A DNA stretch of 44,719 bases from Candidatus Bathyarchaeia archaeon (GTDB taxonomy: Bacteria > Chloroflexota > Limnocylindria > P2-11E). The stretch spans positions 1-44,719 of the forward strand of contig DASPWX010000001.1 in assembly GCA_035637615.1 (NCBI GenBank), written 5' to 3'. The notes beneath the pieces were generated by a model that was given only the letters and a program-made list of their open reading frames with translations, was not told the DNA's origin and did no database searches. Shown here in pieces: positions 8,517 through 16,320 of the stretch. Numbering within the stretch: position 1 is the stretch's first letter; every line of letters begins with the position of its first letter. The position numbers and the translations under genes were made by a program.

Positions 8517-8534
8517 AGAGTGGCAAGAGTGGCA
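8517..8534. repeat. tandem 9-bp direct repeat AGAGTGGCA x2
   Basis: 8517-8525 and 8526-8534 are identical. The repeat sits 7 nt from the RidA start codon and contains both candidate GTG starts of the divergent gene. Confidence 0.9.
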
Positions 8535-9296
8535 AACGAGGCTTTCATCGACGAGCTCTGGCGGATGGCGCGCGAGCTATTCATGCCGGATCACCCCTGG
8601 TTCAAGGGGATCGTGGAGCACCGCTGGAGCCGGGAGCAGATCGTTCTTGGCGAGATCCAGCACTACCTGCGTGTTCGCACGAATCCGATCTTCTTCGGCT
8701 ACATCGTCACGAACGTCGCGAGCGAGCGGAATTACGCACTGATGGACATCGTCATGGAGAACTTCATGGAGGAGCTAGGCGGAGAGAGGACCCACGTCGA
8801 CATCATGCTGCAGATGCTCGACGAGGCGGGGATCTCTCGCGAGGAGGCTGACAAGGCCGATCCCGCACCGGGCACCCTCGCGGCGATCGAGATGATCCGC
8901 TCGGGATGCCAGAACCGCTCCGCGCTCGAAGGCATTTCCCTCCTTTCATTCGTCGAGGCAATGCACGGTGGGCCCGACGGCGCGGCCGCGCGCGTCTACA
9001 AGGAGCTCACCGGCCACTACGGCTTCTCGCGCCGCGCTGCGGCGACCTATGAGCTCCACGCCGAGCAGGACACCGGGCACGGTGACCGGCAGATCGAGGC
9101 GATCCGCCGGTACGCGACCGACGACGACGTTCGGGAGAAATGCCGCCGCGCCGTTCGGCTCGGGTTGGAGGCGTTCAACTTCGAGTGGGACGGGCACGTG
9201 CAGGCGATGACCGGGCAGCGCAACTCGTACTGGAACGGCAAGACCGGAATGCTCGAGCTCCGGCATCCCGAGGTGCGGCTACCGGCGAGGGTCTAG
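8520..9296 (+). CDS. haem-oxygenase-like, iron-containing redox enzyme family protein (PqqC/TenA/CADD-like fold)
   Basis: 3' part of track ORF 8229..9296: FIDELWRMARELFMPDHPWFKGIVEHRWSREQIVLGEIQHY..., MENFMEELGGERTHVDIM, FVEAMHGG, YELHAEQDTGHGD. These are Glu/His-rich helices typical of the Haem_oxygenas_2 family. Start is GTG 8520 or 8529; the upstream part of the track ORF is antisense to RidA. Confidence 0.6.
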   Translation: MARVANEAFIDELWRMARELFMPDHPWFKGIVEHRWSREQIVLGEIQHYLRVRTNPIFFGYIVTNVASERNYALMDIVMENFMEELGGERTHVDIMLQMLDEAGISREEADKADPAPGTLAAIEMIRSGCQNRSALEGISLLSFVEAMHGGPDGAAARVYKELTGHYGFSRRAAATYELHAEQDTGHGDRQIEAIRRYATDDDVREKCRRAVRLGLEAFNFEWDGHVQAMTGQRNSYWNGKTGMLELRHPEVRLPARV

Positions 9297-9424
9297 AGCG
9301 GCCACTCTTTCGGTAGCACCGCGCGCAGCTTCTTGTACTCCGCGTCGTCGCCGTATTTCTTCTTGAAGGTCTTGACCTGCTTGAGCAGATCGTCCTCGTT
9401 CACTTCGAGCACGTTGGAGACCAT
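9293..9424 (-). CDS. small Lys-rich hypothetical protein (43 aa), possibly a gene remnant
   Basis: My own translation: MVSNVLEVNEDDLLKQVKTFKKKYGDDAEYKKLRAVLPKEWPL. The composition is protein-like and AT-richer than the background. It shares a CTAG stop overlap with the convergent gene and is too short for the ORF track. Confidence 0.35.
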   Translation of the reverse strand: MVSNVLEVNEDDLLKQVKTFKKKYGDDAEYKKLRAVLPKEWPL

Positions 9425-9517
9425 ACCCGTGGTCTCTTCGAAGCCGAGGCTTCAGTTACGGCGTCAGCCGCGCATCCGCTCCATGACCGTGCGATCTTCG
9501 GCCTTCACGCCGTGAGA

Positions 9518-11602
9518 TTAGTCCTGAGTGAACTCGATTTGGGCGCACTCAGCGCCCTGCGCTGCGCGCAGGGACGCGGGCCGGTTGCGGACCCACAGGC
9601 GCTCCACCTCGATCGCGTCCCAGCCTGACGGAAGGACGACCGCCCGCCGCGCCCATTCGGCCGGCTCCTCCGGCCCGAGCTGGATGCCGGGAAGGCCGTA
9701 GAGGCACGCGCTGAGGAAGCCGCCAAGGTTCGCCTGAAAGGGCCCGACCCGGGGTTTGTCGGGGAACTTCTTTCGGCTGAACTCGTCGGTCTCGGCGAAC
9801 GGCTCGAGGATGAAATCGGCGTAGCCTCGCTCGAACAGGTCGAGCGAGCGTTCTCGGTCGCCGAGCCATGCGGCGTACACGCCGAGCAGCGCTGAAAGCA
9901 TCGGATACCCAATGAACTCGTCGACGCGGTCGAGATAGAACTCGATCGTCGACCGCTCCGTCTCGGGCCCAGCGCAGTAGCCGATGGGAAAGAGCGCTGC
10001 GAGCACCTCGGGCGTTGCACCGGTGACCCCGCCTTCCTCCGGCGTGAACCGGTCGTGATTCAGCAACACACCGTTCGCCCAGGGGACAAAGAGATTCTCG
10101 GCGATTCCTTCCCACCAGCTCGCGTCCTTCCGCCCGAGGCGCCGCGCCGCGTCAGCGGCCTCGTGGAGGACCCTCTTGGCGGCCATGTTGACGTAGCCCG
10201 CGTTATCGATGGGCTCCTCGCGTTGCTCGGCGATCCCGATGATCCGCTTGATCTCGTAGCCGCGCTCAGTCCGCTCGACGCGCGAGCTGATCCACTGGGC
10301 GACTCCCTCGAGAATGGGCCACGCGCGCTCGCGCAGGAAATCCTCGTCGCCGCTTGCGTGCGCGTATTGGGCGAACGCTAGCGCGACGGAGAGTCCAACG
10401 TGCTGCTCGAGGGCGATGAGCGGCGCGGATACCCGGATCATCTCCTCGCCGTGCAGCGGGCCGCTCGCCCAGGGGAACTGCAGCCCGCGATAACCGTTGA
10501 GGGCGGCATTCCGTCGCGCGGCGTGCATCCGCTCGCCACGGTAGTAGAGAAGCGCATCCGCGGCGCGCGGATCGGTGAGCAGCATGGACGGGAACACGAA
10601 CGTCTCGATATCCCACATGACCTGACCGCGGTAGTAGTGGTAGTTGGGCCAGTAGGCGAGTCCGAACATGGACGTGCTGAACAGCGACGACGCGTGCGCT
10701 GACGCGTGGCTGTAGTAGTAGGCCGCGTCCGCGTATGACTGCCAGCGCCGGCCGGCTCCGACGAGCTGCACTCGCCCCCGCCATAGGTCGTTCCAGGCGA
10801 CCCGGTTCTCTTCGCGTAGGCGGTCGAACCCGAGGTTCGAACCGATCGCGGCAAGCCGGATCGCTTCGCGATGAGGCTCGCTGTGGCTCTGACTCGGAAT
10901 CAGCGAGGCCATCGTTCGCACGACGTGCGTTGAGCCGGCGCGCGCGCGCAGCGAGTAGCTGGTCCTGAGCGGTGCGGTCTTGTCGTGCTCCTCGCGCTCC
11001 TTTTTCACGTCCTCGCCGCCTTCGAAGTGCGTGACGTACGCAACGCCGCAGGCGCTGAGCGCACCGTGGCATTCCCAGAGCAGCGACCCATCCACCGCCG
11101 GCTCTTTCGCGCCGGGCGTGCTGGTTTCGCGCTTCTTGTACCTACCGGGCACGTCGGTCTGATCGATCGCGACCGTGATCGACAGGTCGCAGTCCCCGTT
11201 CACGGTCACCCGCAGCTCGTGTATGACGAGCGTGGGCTGCGTCCGGCTGCAGAAGATCAGGTGCTCGGCGTCGGCGCGGACGCCCTCGACCTCGTACCCG
11301 AACCGTGACCGAAGCTCCCCGCACGAGAAGTCGTAACGCTGCTCGACGAATCTGCCGCGCTCCGGGTGCTCGCTCAGCTTCGTCCCATTGATCGCGATAT
11401 CGCCGCCGAGTGGGTAGGGCGCGCGGGAGAATCCCTCAACCTCGTCGGCCGGGTGGATCGCCGCGAGCCCATTCACGATGGCGAGCCCCTGTGTGAGCGG
11501 GATGCGGCCGGCGCGAATGCCGATGAGGCCATTCGAGAGATAGGCCGGGATGTACTCCGGCTTGTAATCGGTTACCGGAGGCGGGCTGATCGGCTCGCTC
11601 AT
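9518..11602 (-). CDS. glycoside hydrolase family 65-like (alpha/alpha)6-barrel protein
   Basis: 694 aa. The N-terminus YLSNGLIGIRAG resembles the GH65 N-domain start. The central IIGIAEQREEPIDNAGYVNMAA resembles the GH65/GH15 catalytic-loop region. Family-level call only. Confidence 0.6.
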   Translation of the reverse strand: MSEPISPPPVTDYKPEYIPAYLSNGLIGIRAGRIPLTQGLAIVNGLAAIHPADEVEGFSRAPYPLGGDIAINGTKLSEHPERGRFVEQRYDFSCGELRSRFGYEVEGVRADAEHLIFCSRTQPTLVIHELRVTVNGDCDLSITVAIDQTDVPGRYKKRETSTPGAKEPAVDGSLLWECHGALSACGVAYVTHFEGGEDVKKEREEHDKTAPLRTSYSLRARAGSTHVVRTMASLIPSQSHSEPHREAIRLAAIGSNLGFDRLREENRVAWNDLWRGRVQLVGAGRRWQSYADAAYYYSHASAHASSLFSTSMFGLAYWPNYHYYRGQVMWDIETFVFPSMLLTDPRAADALLYYRGERMHAARRNAALNGYRGLQFPWASGPLHGEEMIRVSAPLIALEQHVGLSVALAFAQYAHASGDEDFLRERAWPILEGVAQWISSRVERTERGYEIKRIIGIAEQREEPIDNAGYVNMAAKRVLHEAADAARRLGRKDASWWEGIAENLFVPWANGVLLNHDRFTPEEGGVTGATPEVLAALFPIGYCAGPETERSTIEFYLDRVDEFIGYPMLSALLGVYAAWLGDRERSLDLFERGYADFILEPFAETDEFSRKKFPDKPRVGPFQANLGGFLSACLYGLPGIQLGPEEPAEWARRAVVLPSGWDAIEVERLWVRNRPASLRAAQGAECAQIEFTQD

Positions 11603-11635
11603 TCGGTTGTGCGTGATGCACCCACAGTGCCAGTG

Positions 11636-12079
11636 CTAGGGGTCTCCGAGCCTCTGCGTCGTAACGACGACCGACTCGCCGGCAAGCGGCTCGCCGCGTG
11701 CCCCCGCCATCACGCGGACCCGAGCCAGCACGCGCCACTCGCCGCTCTCGCGCAGACGGAGAATAAGGAACGGGTTCTCGACGACCACGCCGGGTGATTC
11801 GTTAAAGCCCACCGGGAGCGTCACATCCGCTGCCGCCTGCGGCGCGATCGCGACATCGAGCGTCGTCTCGGCGGTCCGGAACTGTGAGTGCGGGTGCTGC
11901 GCGCTCAATAGGCGCACCGGCAAACCACCTTCGTTGGCTATCCGCCAGCGCACCGTCCACGTACCGTCGGCGCCCTCGGTCGTGAACGGATGAATGCGGA
12001 GACTCGGTCGTTCGCTAATAGCCGGACGTAGGCGCGGGTGAGCCCTGACCGCCTCCACCGCCGTAGCCGCATGCGGCAC
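11636..12079 (-). CDS. hypothetical beta-sandwich-like protein (probably the mature part of a lipoprotein, see 12015..12134)
   Basis: Track ORF of 147 aa. SLRIHPFTTEGADGTWTVRWRIANEGGLPVRLLSAQH...VVVENPFLILRLRESGEWRVLARVRV has alternating beta-strand-like periodicity. No SD precedes GTG 12079. Confidence 0.55.
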   Translation of the reverse strand: MPHAATAVEAVRAHPRLRPAISERPSLRIHPFTTEGADGTWTVRWRIANEGGLPVRLLSAQHPHSQFRTAETTLDVAIAPQAAADVTLPVGFNESPGVVVENPFLILRLRESGEWRVLARVRVMAGARGEPLAGESVVVTTQRLGDP

Positions 12080-12134
12080 CGCCGACCGCGGCGACGATAA
12101 CGATGACCAAGAGAGCGACGACCATCTGACGCAT
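12015..12134 (-). CDS. 39-aa lipoprotein-signal ORF (MRQMVVALLVIVIVAAVGGAACGYGGGGGQGSPAPTSGY)
   Basis: ATG 12134 lies 7 nt after GGAGG (12146-12142 on the minus strand). It has a lipobox GAAC. It stops at TAG 12017-12015, while the downstream domain continues in the +1 frame. Confidence 0.45.
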   Translation of the reverse strand: MRQMVVALLVIVIVAAVGGAACGYGGGGGQGSPAPTSGY

Positions 12135-12154
12135 GAGTGAACCTCCTCTGGGTT

Positions 12155-13036
12155 TCATACGAACTGCGGCATGACGTCGGCCGCGAACGCCTCGAGCGCA
12201 TCCCAGTCGTAGGGTCCTTCGCGGAGCGCGATGTTCACGCGGTACGCGCCGGCCTCGGCGTACGACGCGACCACATCGGTCGCCGCACGCGGCGTGCCGC
12301 GGAGAAAGCCGGTCATGCCTCGTGGGTCCTTCGACCAGTGCTTTTGGTAGAGCGCCTCGTGGCGGTTCGCTCCGGCGTCGTCAGCACCCATGTAAAAGCC
12401 AACATTGATCGTGCGGACGATCGCCGCGGGATCGCGGCCAACTTTGGCGCACCACGCATCCAGCACTTCACTCTTGCGCTTCCATTCCGCCGGCGGAAGA
12501 TACGGCGCATTCCAGCCGTCGGCGAAGCGCGCGGCGGTTCGCAACGTTCGTCTCTCACCCGCACCGCCGATCCAGAGGGGAAGCCGTTTTTGAAGCGGCT
12601 TTGGGTTGTTCGGCGCATCGACGAATCGGTAGTGCGTGCCTTCGAAGTCCGCGCGGCGGCGATCGAACAAAAGTCGCAGGACCTCCGCGTATTCCTCGAG
12701 CTGGTCCTCGCGCTCGCGAATCGAAGGGAACGGAATCCCGTAGGACGCAAACTCGATCTCATCCCAGCCCGCGCCGATCCCACAATCGGCGCGCCCGCCG
12801 GAGAGATGGTCGATGGCGCTGAGCGCTTTCGCGAGGACGCCCGGGTGCCGGTATCCGACGCAGAAGACGAGGCAGCCAACGCGGACACGATTCGTCTCCA
12901 CCGCGGCCGCGGAGAGTGTGGCGATCGATTCGAAGCAATCGACGTCGCCTCCCTGCGGCGGCGTTTCCTGAAAGTGGTCGGATACCGAGAACCAATCAAA
13001 TCCGTGCTCGTCGGCGAAGCGCCAGAGGCGACGCAT
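12155..13036 (-). CDS. LLM-class (luciferase-like, probably F420-dependent) oxidoreductase
   Basis: DWFSVSDHF, GCLVFCVGYRHPGVLAK, LSGGRADCGIGAGW and PLWIGGAGERRTLRTAARFADGWN are typical LLM motifs. The conserved N-terminal strand SFGIHLGHL is encoded upstream of the first ATG (13036), so the real start is probably near 13090-13093 (CTG/ATT). Confidence 0.8.
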   Translation of the reverse strand: MRRLWRFADEHGFDWFSVSDHFQETPPQGGDVDCFESIATLSAAAVETNRVRVGCLVFCVGYRHPGVLAKALSAIDHLSGGRADCGIGAGWDEIEFASYGIPFPSIREREDQLEEYAEVLRLLFDRRRADFEGTHYRFVDAPNNPKPLQKRLPLWIGGAGERRTLRTAARFADGWNAPYLPPAEWKRKSEVLDAWCAKVGRDPAAIVRTINVGFYMGADDAGANRHEALYQKHWSKDPRGMTGFLRGTPRAATDVVASYAEAGAYRVNIALREGPYDWDALEAFAADVMPQFV

Positions 13037-13079
13037 CTCATCGAGCGGACCACCAAGGTGGCCGAGATGTATCCCGAAG

Positions 13080-13298
13080 CTAGTACCCAGAATCCGAGTA
13101 TGGGTCGCCTGACGGTTTTGCCGTCGGGTATTCCTTCATCGGGTTCGCGGGCTCGTTCGTGCCGAGCGCTGGGGCGGCCGTCGCCGGAGTGGCGGACGTG
13201 ACCGCGCCGCCTGCGCCACCACTTCCTGTGCCGCCGCAGGCCGCGATGGCCAGACCGCCGAGCAGAGCGGAGAGGAAAAGCGCGCGGAGCCTCGTCAT
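13080..13298 (-). CDS. 72-aa low-complexity lipoprotein
   Basis: AGGAGG lies 10 nt upstream of ATG 13298. Sequence: MTRLRALFLSALLGGLAIAAC (lipobox) GGTGSGGAGGAVTSATPATAAPALGTNEPANPMKEYPTAKPSGDPYSDSGY. This is the 3' end of the otherwise spurious track ORF 13080..14162. Confidence 0.5.
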   Translation of the reverse strand: MTRLRALFLSALLGGLAIAACGGTGSGGAGGAVTSATPATAAPALGTNEPANPMKEYPTAKPSGDPYSDSGY

Positions 13299-13349
13299 GA
13301 TGGGAAGACCTCCTGCTAAGGTGAGTACGGGCGGGAGGCCGCGACGGAT

Positions 13350-13649
13350 ATGGGTAGTTTTGGTGTCTTCTTCGTCGTTTTCGTCCTTCTCGTCGTGGCC
13401 CTCGCGGGCCTTGGCCTGGCCCTGGCGGCAGCCCGCGCGTCTGCGCGCCCACGACCGGCCCGGCCCGCCAACTGCGGCGACTGCATCTACATGATCCCGC
13501 GGGCGAAGGTCTACAAGCGCGAGACGATCGAGGACCTCGACGGCGTGGTCCATTACCTCTGCCAGCAGCGGTGGATCGAGATCACGCCGTACTCGCCGTG
13601 GTGCGAGCTCGGAAAGAGCAAGACCCGAACGACGACCGTTCCGACCTGA
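13350..13649 (+). CDS. membrane-anchored small protein with four Cys (CxxC...C...C)
   Basis: GGGAGG lies upstream of ATG 13350. It has an N-terminal TM helix, then CGDCIYMIPRAKVYKRETIEDLDGVVHYLCQQRWIEITPYSPWCELGK, a composition unlike shadow ORFs. Confidence 0.6.
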   Translation: MGSFGVFFVVFVLLVVALAGLGLALAAARASARPRPARPANCGDCIYMIPRAKVYKRETIEDLDGVVHYLCQQRWIEITPYSPWCELGKSKTRTTTVPT

Positions 13650-13664
13650 GGCTAACCTTCGGGC

Positions 13665-15032
13665 GTGACCGCCTTCGCGAAGTTCGATGCGTACGTGCGC
13701 GCCCGGGAGCGGGAGTACATCGATGAGCTGAAGGTGCTCATACGGCAACCGACCGTCTCGGCGCAGGGGATCGGGATTCCGGAGACCGCCCGCATCGTGC
13801 TCGACCGAACGAGGAACCGGGGCGGCATCGCCGCGGAAGCGCTGAGCGTAGACGGCGGACCTCCGACCATCGTCGGCGAGACCGGCCGTGGCGACCGCAC
13901 CCTCCTTATCTACAACCACTACGACGTGCAGCCTCCGGATCCGCTCGACGAATGGGAAACGCCGCCTTTCGAGCCGACGGAGCGCGACGGATATCTCTAC
14001 GGCCGCGGCGTTTCCGACAACAAAGGAAATCTGATGGCCCGGCTCCAGGCGATCGAGGCCTACCGCGCGACGATGGGCGAGCTCCCTCTGCGGATCCGCG
14101 TGCTGTACGAGGGCGAGGAGGAGAGCGGCTCGGCGCACCTCGCCGCGTTCGTGGCGCGCCATGGCGAGCGGCTCCGGGCCGACGGCTGTATCTGGGAGGC
14201 GGGCTACAAGGACGCCGCCGGACGGCCGACCATCTCATGCGGTCTCAAAGGCATCGCGTACGTCGAGCTTCGCGCGCGCGGTGCGAACAAGGACGCGCAC
14301 TCATCTCTCGCGACGATCGTCCCGAACCCCGCCTGGCGGCTGGTCTGGGCGCTCGCGACGCTGAAGAACGACGCCGACGAGATAACGATCGACGGCTTCA
14401 TGGACGCCGTGCGACCGCCCACCGCGGCTGACCGTGCGCTCCTCGAGTCTCTGCCTTTCGACGAGCAGGGCATGCTGCGCATCCACGGGATCACGCGTTT
14501 CGTGCGGGGTCTCGAGGGGTACGAGCTCAAGAAGAAGCACTTCCTCGAGCCGACCTGCACGATCTGCGGGATGGTCTCCGGATACACCGGTCCCGGTTCG
14601 AAGACGGTCCTGCCCGCCGTCGCGAGCGCGAAGATCGACTTTCGTCTGGTGCCGGATCTCACACCTGAGAAAGTCACCGCGCTTCTGCGCGCGCACCTCG
14701 ATCGGCGCGGCTTCAAAGATGTCGAGGTCGTGCCCGGTCACGGCGAGCCGCCGTCGCGCTGGCCCACCGACTCGGTCGCGGCAAGGGCCGCGGTCGACGC
14801 CTGCCGGAGCGCGTATGGGTCCGAGCCGGTGGTGTATCCGCTGCTCGCGGGCTCGGGCCCGATGGCGCAGGTGTGCGACACGCTCGGGATCCCCGTCGCC
14901 GGCTTCGGCTCGGGCAACGCCGCGTCGGCCAATCACGCGCCGAACGAGAACATCGCGATCGCCGACTACGTCGATCACATCCGTGCCTTCGGGCGATTCC
15001 TCCACGCGTTCGCCGGCCGCACCCTGGCTTGA
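13665..15032 (+). CDS. M20 family metallopeptidase (dipeptidase-like)
   Basis: LLIYNHYDVQPPDPLDEWETPPFEPTERDGYLYGRGVSDNKGN and YEGEEESGS are hallmark M20 metal and catalytic motifs. Confidence 0.88.
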   Translation: MTAFAKFDAYVRAREREYIDELKVLIRQPTVSAQGIGIPETARIVLDRTRNRGGIAAEALSVDGGPPTIVGETGRGDRTLLIYNHYDVQPPDPLDEWETPPFEPTERDGYLYGRGVSDNKGNLMARLQAIEAYRATMGELPLRIRVLYEGEEESGSAHLAAFVARHGERLRADGCIWEAGYKDAAGRPTISCGLKGIAYVELRARGANKDAHSSLATIVPNPAWRLVWALATLKNDADEITIDGFMDAVRPPTAADRALLESLPFDEQGMLRIHGITRFVRGLEGYELKKKHFLEPTCTICGMVSGYTGPGSKTVLPAVASAKIDFRLVPDLTPEKVTALLRAHLDRRGFKDVEVVPGHGEPPSRWPTDSVAARAAVDACRSAYGSEPVVYPLLAGSGPMAQVCDTLGIPVAGFGSGNAASANHAPNENIAIADYVDHIRAFGRFLHAFAGRTLA

Positions 15033-16216
15033 ATCCCGGCGAGCGGCGCCGCCTCCTCGGTCTCCTCGGCTTCCTCAGCTTCAACGCTGTCTACGTCGGT
15101 GTGGTCATGGCGCCCGTGCTCACCCAGATCGCCGGCGAGTTCAACATCACGACCGGAACGGCGGGCCTCGTCGTCGCGGCGTACGGCGCACCGGGCATCG
15201 TCGTCGCTGTTCTGACCGGACCGTACTCGGACCGCTTCGGTCGAAAACGCTTTCTGGTGACAGGGTCGTTGATCATGGGTCTCTTCACTCTGCTGAGCGC
15301 ATTTGCGACGAGCTTTGCGGTCCTCGTCGCGATGCGGATCGTCGCCGGCATCGGCGGCTCGGTCATCTTCCCGAACACGACCGCGACGGTCGGTGACAAC
15401 TTTTCATACCGCGACCGCGGAAGTGCGATGGGCACGGTGATCGGGCTGAACACGATGGCTGGCGTCATCGGCGTGCCGCTTGCCGGCGTTCTGGCGGAGG
15501 CGACCAGCTGGCGGGTCTCGGTCGGGCTCGTTGGCGTGCTCTCGATCGCGGCGGCGCTCGTGCTCCTCTGGAAGCTTCGGCCGGCTCAGACGCCATTGAG
15601 CGAATCAGCGATCCGCGACATGTATCGATCCATCGTGACGAATCGATCAGCGCTGGGTGCCATCGGGTCGAGCTTCCTCGGAGCCCTTTACTGGTTCACC
15701 TGGGCCACGTACATCGTCGTGTTCTTCGAGAACACGTTCCGGCTGTCGGAGGGCCTGGCCTCGATCCTGGCGCTGACCCAAGGGCTCGGAGTTCTTCTTG
15801 GGAGTCAGCTCGGTGGCAGGCTCGGCGCTCGGATCGGCCACAAGCCGATAGTCGCGGGCAGCGTTCTTCTCTCGGGCACGCTTCTGCTTCTGCAGACCAA
15901 TCTCGGCTTGCCGCTACCGGCGACCGCGGTCCTCAACCTTCTGCTCTCGGCAGTAATCGGGGCGCGGTTCGCGTCGAACACGACGCTCCTGACCGAACAG
16001 GTCCCTGAGGCGCGAGGCACGCTGCTCGCGGTCTCGGCATCCGTGACGAGCGCGAGCATCGTGGTCGGCGCCGCGGTCGGTGGCCTGTTGATCGACGGTT
16101 CGGGGTTCTGGGCGCTCGGGGCGTTCTGTTTCGTCGCGGCTGTCCTCGCAGCCCTTGTCGTTTGGATCTTTGTACGCGAAGAGCCCATCGACCTCGAGAT
16201 CGCACCAGCGGTTTGA
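15029..16216 (+). CDS. MFS transporter
   Basis: GPYSDRFGRKR (MFS loop 2-3 motif) and about 12 hydrophobic segments. The TTG start at 15029 overlaps the M20 stop (TTGA). The upstream part of track ORF 14873.. lies out of frame inside the M20 gene. Confidence 0.85.
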   Translation: MNPGERRRLLGLLGFLSFNAVYVGVVMAPVLTQIAGEFNITTGTAGLVVAAYGAPGIVVAVLTGPYSDRFGRKRFLVTGSLIMGLFTLLSAFATSFAVLVAMRIVAGIGGSVIFPNTTATVGDNFSYRDRGSAMGTVIGLNTMAGVIGVPLAGVLAEATSWRVSVGLVGVLSIAAALVLLWKLRPAQTPLSESAIRDMYRSIVTNRSALGAIGSSFLGALYWFTWATYIVVFFENTFRLSEGLASILALTQGLGVLLGSQLGGRLGARIGHKPIVAGSVLLSGTLLLLQTNLGLPLPATAVLNLLLSAVIGARFASNTTLLTEQVPEARGTLLAVSASVTSASIVVGAAVGGLLIDGSGFWALGAFCFVAAVLAALVVWIFVREEPIDLEIAPAV

Positions 16217-16233
16217 CTCGGCCGCACATCGTT

Positions 16234-16248
16234 GCGTAACTGTTACGC
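16234..16248. promoter_or_regulatory. perfect 7-1-7 palindrome GCGTAAC-T-GTTACGC (candidate operator)
   Basis: Seen directly in the sequence. It lies in the 104-nt gap between the MFS stop and the KGG-protein start. The 1-nt spacer rules out an RNA hairpin. Confidence 0.4.
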
Positions 16249-16320
16249 CAGGGGCTCGTCCGAACGCCTGCTCGGCATGGCACCTGCCCGTACATGTGTC
16301 ACTCGGAAAAGGAGCAGGCC

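Noticed and set aside
9452-9466. The two in-frame TGA codons could be selenocysteine or reassigned codons.
   Set aside because: TGA is used as an ordinary stop by many confident genes in this window. There is no Cys/redox context (the local sequence is G-TGA-R-R-N-TGA-S), and I cannot identify a SECIS-like hairpin by eye. A pseudogene or leader region is more likely.
13080-14162. 360-aa minus-strand ORF antisense to the M20 peptidase gene. There are similar long antisense or out-of-frame ORFs at 16381..17754, 12137..13201, 12313..13452, 22120..23658, 42203..43762, 10266..11072 and 29604..30434.
   Set aside because: Their compositions are Arg/Pro/Gly/Ala-rich with no motifs, and they lie opposite or out of frame to genes with unmistakable family signatures. 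These are the shadow ORFs expected in GC-rich DNA. Only the last 72 codons of 13080..14162 (the SD-driven lipoprotein ORF) were kept.
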